A stretch of 59,426 nucleotides of DNA, the filler included, from Dugesia japonica (lineage: Eukaryota): the NCBI GenBank assembly GCA_001938525.1. It is 4 parts of 4 records of this genome, joined end to end, with 100 filler letters (N's around TTAATTAATTAA, not from the genome) between each part and the next. Parts side by side here need not be neighbours in the genome. Positions count along the whole stretch, not along the records: positions 47,035 to 59,426 come from MQRL01621418.1; 3 more parts are not named here. One strand, given 5' to 3'. Positions 50,000 through 59,426 of this stretch are shown here, piece after piece. The translations under genes were made by a program, and so were the position numbers. Positions within the stretch are counted from its first letter, which is position 1; the number at the start of each line of letters is the position of its first letter. Below the pieces are notes generated by a model that saw nothing but the letters and a program-made list of their open reading frames with translations, did not search any database and was not told the DNA's origin.

Positions 50000-51590
50000 C
50001 AGACTTGATATTTTGCAAGGGATGTGACAGCCTTGGTATGTTTCTGGCAGTCTAAAATTCCCAGGCACGTGCCACTGTGTTGCATGACTATTGCATGCCT
50101 ATTGCATTCATTACTAAAAAAATTGTGTCAGTCTTTATATTTTGCCGTAGATGAGGAAATTTTGATATTTTTGAGATCGAACAGCTTAAAAATTTTTGAT
50201 ATTGAGCATTCTTGATTTTTTTCAAAGATATTGGGTAGTCTTTAGGTTTTTGCAAGAGCTTGAGCAGTCTTGATATTATTGTAATATATTAGGTAGTCTT
50301 GATATTATTGCAAGATATTATTGCTAGATAGTGGGCAGTCTTGATATTTTTAGAAAAGTTTGGACAGTCTTAATATTTTTGCAAGAGATTGGTCAGTCTT
50401 TGAGATATTTCTATTATCAAATAAATATATTAAAAATAAATAAAAATATGTATGAAACTTTTTAAAAAATAATTCATAAGGGCTGAAATTTTCTTTTTAA
50501 AATCAAAAAAGCATGGAACTTTTTCATAAAAACATATAAGCTAGGAACTTTTCTTAACAAAATGATAAAAGCATGGAACTTTTTCAAAAAAATTCATTAA
50601 GCGGGATACTTTTTCATATAAACCTTTTTTAAAAAAATAATTCATAAATGTAGAACTATTTTTATAATTAGTTCATAAGTGTAAAACTTTTCCATATATA
50701 ACTTAATTTTCTGTATAAAAACCTATAATTAAATATTTTTTTCATGAATGTATAGGATCCATGAGTGCAGAGGGTTTGAGAGTGTAGAGGTTTTAAGAGT
50801 GAAGAGAGTTTTAAAGTTAAGAAGGTTTTAGAAGGAAGAGCATTTTAGACTGAAGAGGGTTTAAGAGTAAAGAGAGTTTTAGAATGAAGAGGGCCTTAGA
50901 GTAAAGAGAGTTTTAGAAGGAAGAGATATAAAATGAAGAGGGTTTGAGAAGGTAGAGGGTTTTATACTTTAGATGGTTTTAGAAGGAAGTGAGTTTAATC
51001 TACATGATGTCCTTATTCTCTCAATGGATTTAAAAATGGAGTAGCATATGATAAGCATGAACCAATTTGTGAAAGAATTCAGAGAGTTACCGCCACGTAT
51101 ACGAGGGCTATTTAATTAGTGACCCGCGGGCCAAATCTGACTTGATATTTATGTATGAGATGGAGCAGTCTTGATATTTTGCAAGGGATGTGATAGTCTT
51201 GGTATGCTTCTGGCAGTTTATAATTTTCAGGCACGTGTAGCTGTGTTGCATCCTTATTGCATGCATATTGCATTCATTATTAAAAAAATTGTGGCAGTCT
51301 TTACATTTTGCAGTAGATGGAACAGTCTTGACATTATTGTAAGACATTGGATAGTATTGAGATTTTCGAGATTGAACAGCCTTAATATTTATTTTGAATA
51401 AAAGTATAGAACTTTTTCATAAAAATCCATTAAGCGAGAATGTTTTTAAAAAAATAATTCATAAGTGTGGAACTTTTTTTTTAAATTAATTCAATTGCGA
51501 AACTTTTCTATATATAACTAAAATTTTTGTACAAAAACTTATAAATAAATATTTTTTATGAATGTATAGGACCCATGAGTGAAGAGGGCT
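50000..51590. repeat. Composite direct repeat / complex satellite
   Basis: ~50000-50775 is repeated at ~51165-51590. Internal arrays are CAGTCTTGATATTTT, GGAACTTTTTCATAAA and GAAGAGGGTTTTAGA (50760-51000). Confidence 0.75.
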
Positions 51591-52916
51591 GATATTATTT
51601 ACATAGTAACAGACTAATGACATGTATATTACATTCTTACGCCATGTTTATAAAAAACAAATGAATAATAAACAAAATTAATAACAACTTTTATTAAAAA
51701 TAACATAACATCATTTTTTAATTATATTCATATTCAATTAAAATTTGTAGCTTTTTTACTCAACACTGGACAGCTTTGACGATTACCATTTGTTTTTCGT
51801 TTTCCTATCTTAATATAAATAATACTAATAAAACAAGAAATTACCTATGTTTGTGGTATTGTTCTTGTTCAGTTTGGGTCGAATTGATGGGAAAAACTAT
51901 TTAATAGTATAGTGACCATATGTAACACTTTTATTTTTGTCTACCCATACGCACTTATGATCTGTATTGTCAGTGCTAATTTATTTGATTTTATACTATA
52001 CAATTGAGGATTTTTTGTGGTTATCCTTAATTGTTCCACCGAAACCGATTTGTTCTCATTTTAACAGTCAAGGTAAGACTGATGAAAAATTTTTGTTTTC
52101 ATCAATGTTATACTTTTTGCTCAAATGATATTCTTAATACCAAACAGGCTATGGCATTTTGATTTCAAAAATACTCATTCTTGATACTTCTTCCTTTTAT
52201 TCTCATCTTTAAATTTCCCTATTACTCAATGCATACTGTTACTACAGTAGTGGGATAAAGTTGTGGGATAAAGATGTAATAAAGTTATTCAGTAAGTATC
52301 TAATTATAATAATTCGAATTGAATATGTTAATAATACACATCTTATTATAGTATCAATAAAAACAATATAATACGAAACCAAAAACCAAATTTAATTTAA
52401 AATCGACTTGATATTTTTAGACGACAATTAGATTTATATCAATACAGTGACCAAGGAAAAATTTAATGAAAGGACTCAATCACCCTCCTCAACTTACTCT
52501 AGTATCTTGTATCATCATTACGTTCAACTGTTTGTTTATAATAATAAAACCGTCCCCATTTGCATCTTTAATATCTCTTTCAAAATCATCATTTAATCTC
52601 TTTCCGAATTATTAAAATCACTTCATATCTCTTTCATAATTATCATTATAATTTAGTATCGCTTTCGTAATTATTAACATTATTTAATATATCTGTTGGG
52701 GTTCCACCTGAGTTGATGATAAAACGGAAAAACTGGCCGGGAGAAAACGGCCCTCAGGGGATCCCCTTCAAGAATTTAATCTAATGCCCCTAGGTTAGAT
52801 CTTCAGTGCAGAGCGGTTGACCTCGTACACCTTTAATTCGGGTTCTTTATTTTCCCTGTTATACTGTATTCAACATCAATTAACAAAACGTTAACTAAAT
52901 TATATTTTAATACCGA

Positions 52917-54182
52917 CTACATGAGATCCATAGCACCCGGGTCTAACCACTGAGTGGGATCGTCATCTAAGAAATTAAATGATGCCTCATCATCCTGGTC
53001 ATTCCATTGTACCCAGTATGCATCACCCAACTGATGAGATAAATCCGCAATGTATCTCTTTAAAAAATCTATTTTATTCTGAAGAAGCTGTTTTGTCTGC
53101 TCAGCTAGATCTCCCTGTTTCTTAATTAGAGATCTAGTCTTTTTATGAGTCTCTTCTTCTGTGCTAGATGTTTGAGGAGGGTGCGTTCGGTTTGTCTTTT
53201 GAGGTGACGTTCGAGTAGCAACTTGGTGATTAATCGTTGACATTTGTGTAAACTCGTCGGATATCTAATTCGGGGCACTAAACAAGACTTATTATGAAAT
53301 AATTTATTCTCATAACATAGGTGAATATTAAACTAGTGAATAATTCAGACAAAAGAATTTAACTATACCAGAGGAATCATTTATTTACAAAAAACTTTAA
53401 ACATTAAGGACATGACGTCTGAATACCCTTGTTGACCATTAAAGGTTCAAGAGGCATTGCAGTTTTTAAACGCAGAAGGTCTTGAACCAGTTTATTCTCA
53501 CGGTCTTGGTAGGACCGGATAATCTCTGTGAAGGACTCTATTTGAGTCTTCTTTACTCTCTCTTGATTATGGTATGCTTCGGCTTCGGATTTGAACGCCA
53601 TGCATTTCTTTTTATAGCGCCTCACCTTACTATTATAACAAGTTACATGGCTCCGAACTGGCCCGTCCAATTTTGGTAGCTTTGCCGCTCCCCAAAGTCC
53701 TGTATTGGGGCTATCATGGCCTCTAATGGGGGTAGGTTGTATCGATCGGATAGAATACCTTCGTCTCGATTATGCGGGTTCCTATGTCGTTGAAAAATGA
53801 TACGACGAGTTCAACGGTCGATGATTCTGTCCCATTTGGATTCCATTCTACAGATAAGGAATAAAGAAAAGTGATTTAATTTACTAAATTGCTAAAAGTA
53901 AAACAGATAAAAATTATCATCATCCAAAACTACATAGCCATTCATACGAATTTTTATTTTAAATAGTTAATAACATGACAGGGGTTCTTAACGAGATTCA
54001 TCTTCAGCATCTAAATTCACGGTATTCGTCAGAGGAAACATTTCGGTGAAACACGCTAAATCCGTTTAGTCAGAATGTTCTACCACACCTCGTGACAGTA
54101 TGTGGGCCAATAACTGCCTCAATCGAGAGTTCTTTCGTTGTTTCCTGACCAAACGTAGGGTATTTCTCAGTGCCGTTGGCAT
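52917..54182 (-). mobile_element. Second copy of the unidentified four-ORF cassette (53988-54182, 53846-~53640, 53404-53670, 52917-53243)
   Basis: All four ORFs are homologous to, and in the same order as, those at 7929-6089. Confidence 0.7.
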
Positions 54183-54339
54183 TAACTAAAATTGAAATAA
54201 TTTAAAACAGACTATGTGGATATACTTGCCGTTTAATCGGTTAATTGATTACCTAACCCTGTTAACACGGCATTTATTAATGATAAATTAAATCATGAAG
54301 TTTACGAAATGTTAATAATACTAAACATAACAACGGTAA

Positions 54340-54800
54340 GGATAGAATGCCAACGATATCGACAGTAAACCATGTTAGAAGAATGATTATAATAGTGATA
54401 ATAATAATNCTGATGATAATAACGGTAATAACAATAATACTAATGACACTATTATTACTAATGATGGCAGGGATAATATTAATAATGATAACGACCTTAT
54501 TACCAACAATAATAACACTGCAACGTTATTATTAATAATAATTTAACGATAATAATAATAATGATAATAATAACATTCATAATAATAATAGCAACAATAA
54601 ATATCTGTAATAATAATAATAGTAATTTTAATGATGATAATATTAATAATGGTAATGGTAATAATAATATTAATAATTGATGATATGGATATTGTTGACA
54701 ATACTGATAAAATAATAAGAATAATAACAAGCATAATAATAATATCAATAATAACATTATTACTAGTGATAAAATGAAATAAATAATGAAGATGTGATTA
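54340..54800. repeat. Degenerate (AAT)n low-complexity tract
   Basis: AAT/GAT/AAC triplet run; the poly-Ile and poly-Leu ORFs here are spurious. Confidence 0.85.
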
Positions 54801-55429
54801 ACAATCGTCGTGCCATGAACGATTAACATAACTACATTCCCTATACCCGAGATAATGTGAAGGTAGAAAGGATAACAATCGTTATCTTGAAAATAACATT
54901 TCCAGAATCATGTAAAAAAATCGCCCTGGCATTTATACTCCAAATTGTAATAATATCAATAATCATCCGGAATTTAATGACAACATAATGTCAGTAATAA
55001 CGTTAATTACTAAAGCCATCCATAACGATTATAACACGAGTGATTATGTTAACGATATCCATATTGTGTTTAGCTCATAATTTTATCAAATAGAATAATC
55101 AATAACAATTTTAACCTTATCAATGAGATAGACAGCAATACTCGGGTCTTAAATAGGTGGTTACAATTATTCTTCTTACCATGAACGTTAATCTCATCAC
55201 TGGTACTCGTGTCAGGGCATTTTCGTTACTCTAGTTGCAGTGATTTCATTTTGTTAATTAAAACTCAACTAATGCCGTAACAGATAAATTATTAGTGTTG
55301 ATTACGGCACAGTGGATATTTGTTGACACCGCTTGTCGATATGAGTCATCGGTTATACCTATGACGTGTCTAATTTTTTGTATGTATTTTCTTTATTTTG
55401 GTGGCGAATTCTAGAAAAATAACGTTTTT

Positions 55430-56227
55430 AATATTTCGTTTTAGATTGAAAATTGTTAATGTCTCAAACTGTCGGAACTCCTTAGCGATTAAAAGTTAGA
55501 AAATTTGCAGGTGTTTTGTCTAAATTTCGGGAGGGGAGTTTATACCATTCTTGTTACATCCCGATTCTTTCCGCATTGGTCGTCTATTTTTGTTTTGACT
55601 TTCTTGATTATGATTGGGGTTTTGTCTAAAACTCAAAAATTTTCACCAATTTTCTGCTACATTATTGGTGCCTATTTTTAGAGCACCTTGTGATTCTCAG
55701 GGCTTTGTCTCATTTTTCTTTTCTTGACTGTAATTGGCCCAATCTTTGAACCCTTGTGATGGCTCCTCTGATGGTGGTGAAATTTTCTTATTACGAAATT
55801 CCGATGCTTCTCATTATTTTCCTTTTAGATTTTCTTACCCGAATTCTCTCGGGTTTTACTAAGCGAAGTTATTCGTATAAAACCGATTTTCGACTAATTT
55901 TCATTTATTTTATTTCACAATTAATNNNNNNNNNNNNNNNNNNNNNNNNNNNNNNNNNNNNNNNNNNNNNNNNNNATAATTTCCTTAATTTTTTTATTAG
56001 CCTCATAATTTCCTTTGATTATTATTGATGTTACAATTTCCTTTCATTCCCCCATGTCTTTTGGATCCATTTTTACTTGTATGTTCCTCTTTTTTAGTGA
56101 TTAATTACATTATATCCAGATCTGATTTTGATTGTTTTACCTTCCGAATACTTTGATAATCACCCTACTGTCCTCCTTTATTGGTTTGAATTTTGGGTCT
56201 TCTTCAACTGGGGGTTTCACCCCAACA
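55430..56227 (-). mobile_element. Diverged solo-LTR-like copy (left limit approximate)
   Basis: GGGGTTTCACCCCAACA ends at 56227; minus-strand CCAAT boxes (~55610-55740) and TATAAA (~55540). Confidence 0.5.
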
Positions 56228-57603
56228 TATCTCGTAAGCATTAAAATCATTAAATAACGTCTAAAAATTCACGGTAGATGATCTCGTGATGTCAGATCTC
56301 TGAGCTGCGACAATCGTCACTGCTAGCGAGGCCAACGACTGACAACCGTTGCTACAGTTTTCCCTGTGTTTAATATTTTAATATGGTTATTTAAATTAAA
56401 ATCAAAAGATTTACTTCTTATTGAGATTTCTCATTTCAAAATAACTACTTCCAACTTTTAACTATAAGTTAAGAAGAGTAAACTTTAATTAAATTTTTAA
56501 GATTAAAATTATGAGTTTTTCTTCGCCTTTTATACCCATCTGTATCGTCAAATTTTGGCAGGTACAGTGGAAGGCCACTTATAATTTCTTAGAAATTCAT
56601 TGAATCGTGCGGTGCTCACCCGCAGATTCTATATGAATATCTAAATTTGGTCATGTTCAGTTTTCACATTGTATTCGCGCTCTCCGTGCATCCATATGAT
56701 GTACCGGTGCTCACTCAGCATCATATATACTATTAGCGTTTTAATTTTCTATGTAAAGTGCGGTGCTCACTCGATACATACATTTCTATTGTTATTCTTA
56801 TAATTTCATTGATATAATTTTCTGTCAAAACCTGCATTGGTGCCATTGAAATTTGTGTTCATGGATTTGGAACTAATCGNNNNNNNNNNNNNNNNNNNNN
56901 NNNNNNNNNNNNNNNNNNNNNNNNNNNNNNNNNNNNNNNNNNNNNNNNNNNNNNNNNNNNNNNNNNNNNNNNNNNNNNNNNNNNNNNNNNNNNNNNNNNN
57001 NNNNNNNNNNNNNNNNNNNNNNNTATAATTATAATTCCTAAATCCCACTTCTTTCTTTAAATTTAATAATATTTATTCGATAATAATAAAAATAATAAAA
57101 TTTATCACAAAATAATAACAATGATACACTTTAATGTTTTAATAAGTTGTTATAATACTATGATTTTCCTAATTACATTATATTAATTTTATTAACATTT
57201 TTAAATAACAATAGTGATAACGATTTATTTCATCTCTTATCAATTCCTGAATCTTATCAAAATTTTTTAATAAAAATATTTTTTTAAATTATATTTTATG
57301 ATAATAATTATTTTATTTTATTATAATACTCCTTATATTATATTTCTATTTTTATAATTTATAAATAATAATATATGTTCTTGTTCCGCTTCGATTTTCG
57401 TTTCCTTGCTCATTTTCATTTATTATTTCTTTCACCATAATCTATTCGATTAATTATTTATTTGAGCTTTTTTTTGTTTCCTGCGCTTATTTATGTTTCT
57501 CATATTTATCATCTTTTCTATAATTAATTGATTATTTTTTCGTTGAGCATTATTCCGTTTTTAATTATTAATTCATTTTCATCTTTCATAATTTTTATTT
57601 AAA

Positions 57604-59372
57604 TGTTGGGGTGAAACACCTGGTACCGAAAATAGAAATGGCGGCAAGTAGACTCGAAGTTTAAAAATTGTCGTCAAAAAAGAAAGCGAAGCATTCAGAC
57701 CTAAGAAGAACATAGTTAAGTGAAAACAGGAAATAATTAAAAAGAAAACCGAGATTGGTAGTTAAAACCAACGAAATAATCAACAAAACCCAAAATTTAC
57801 AACAAGAAACCACTCAGAAAAGAACAAACCAAAGAAGAAAAGAAGTAATAGAAGTTGTAGCAGGACAAAGAAAGATAATGAATGACCATTATTTCTGTAA
57901 GTAGTTTCCTCAGAATCTTTTATTTTGTTATTCGTTTCCATAAAAATTAACACTTGAGTTNNNNNNNNNNNNNNNNNNNNNNNNNNNNNNNNNNNNNNNN
58001 NNNNNNNNNNAATAATCAACAAAACCCAAAGTTTACAACAAGAAACCACACAGAAAAGAACAGACCAAAGAAGAAAAGAAGTAAAAGAAGTTGTAACAGG
58101 ACAAAGAAAGATCATGAATAACCAATTTTTCGTTGGGCAAAATCAAGAAAATGGAATTAATACTGGAAGAACGAAATATTAGTTATATGAACTAAATGAA
58201 GAAAACAGTGAAATTAAATTAAAACCAAATCAAGGAACAAAGAAATGAACACTTAATTAAGATGCACCAAGAAAATAAAATAAATATTTATTTATTTAAA
58301 TAAAATAATTCGAATAATTTAAAATGAATTATTTTTAAAAGAAAAATAATTATTTCATGAAAAATTGCAAAAACAACTATTTCCCATGGTGAGAAAATTA
58401 GCAATTAAAAGGATTCTGGTCAAGAAACAATCGGAGCTTTTGAAAATCTAAGTTAAAATGTCAGTAGAAGTCTCAGAAAAAAGATACAGGGGTTTGAAGG
58501 TTGACCAATAGATTNGAATTCCAAAAATATCAACCAATAAAAAGAGCTTACATGACGTTCAAGCCAATGAAAACGTCAAGAAAGTCGTACGATTCCAAAT
58601 AACCAATGAAAGAATTGGGGGTGTGAAGAAAAACCGGTATAAATACCGATGTAATCTTCATTCAAATAGCATTCTTTTTCAAGAGAAATACGGTAATTGA
58701 ACGGAGATTATTTAAAGTAAATATTCTTGTTACTCAATGGAGGATGCAACGATTTCCGACTTGAACCGAAAATGGAAAATTATGGTGGATCCATTTAATT
58801 AGTAAAATCTATCAAGGAAATGATAATTCAAATCTCGTGCTTGCTCCGGATCGGGATCCAGACCACGTTAGATTTATCATTTGTCCTATTTGTTAAATTA
58901 ATGTATAGCAAGTGGTGATTTGATAATTGAATATATTTTTCCAATTGTTACAAACTTGCGTTCTTGATAATTTTAAATCTTAGAGTGTTAAACTAAACGT
59001 AATAATTAAATGAACTCAGCTAAATATGCATAATGAAAATTTTTTTTTAATTATTTAGGACTCAACTGACTTATAATAAAAATTCCATAAAGTCCGTTAT
59101 AAATTGAAATCAAATAAATTAATGATTAATAAGTAGGATTTCAATCAGGCGAGTATCATGCGAAAAAAATCCGAACCGAAGGGGTGAGAGTCTGAACTCG
59201 AGCTACGAGTCAACAGCTTCATCCCGAAGATCTGGATTTTTGGGGACACCAGATTAAAATTCATCGCAGGGTTTTACCAGATCAATTACGCTAGACTTAA
59301 TCTTATATAAAGTTCGACCCCCCTAGATTTAAATCATACAAGAATTCAACCCGCCTAGGGTAAAACCCCAAC

Positions 59373-59373
<1 letters not shown>
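57604..59373 (+). mobile_element. Full-length ~1.77-kb solo-LTR-like element
   Basis: TGTTGGGG...CCCCAACA termini (8-bp perfect inverted repeat, TG..CA), four CCAAT boxes (58505-58607), TATAAATA (~58638), downstream AATAAA. No PBS or clear target-site duplication. Confidence 0.8.

Positions 59374-59426
<53 letters not shown>
59373..59426 (+). repeat. (AAT)n microsatellite
   Basis: Perfect AAT run to the window end. Confidence 0.95.

Noticed and set aside
54347-54829. Hydrophobic poly-Ile/Leu membrane-protein ORFs
   Set aside because: They are by-products of the degenerate (AAT)n tract.

Overview
Very AT-rich, gap-ridden eukaryotic (animal) genomic DNA. Three artificial 100-nt linkers (44 N + TTAATTAATTAA + 44 N at 12028-12127, 32935-33034 and 46935-47034) show the window is four concatenated scaffolds: A 1-12027, B 12128-32934, C 33035-46934, D 47035-59426. 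Synteny across the linkers is therefore meaningless. Only two host genes are recognisable, both split by 42-46-nt introns and poorly captured by the ORF track: the last two exons of a Bak-like Bcl-2 gene (11581-11918, -) and five 5' exons of EIPR1/TSSC1 (21751-22727, +). The rest is mobile DNA. (i) A near-intact Polinton/Maverick (adintovirus-like) endogenous virus at 12128-19872 has a co-oriented gene train: pPolB with three N-terminal zinc fingers, pX-like protein, conserved Maverick protein, penton, adenain, fibre-like protein. (ii) Two decayed relatives converge at 24148-32934; one is preceded by an AGTAGT-ended fold-back. (iii) A divergent pPolB relic lies at 36480-39530. (iv) A TBP-like gene is divergently paired with a Polinton-type packaging ATPase at 45702-46934. 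(v) There are Ty3/Gypsy pol relics, a ~1.8-kb TG...CA solo-LTR-like family, and MULE, hAT and Penelope fragments. (vi) An unidentified cassette of four small ORFs occurs in the same order on scaffolds A and D. All family assignments come from motif recognition by eye; no database search was run.
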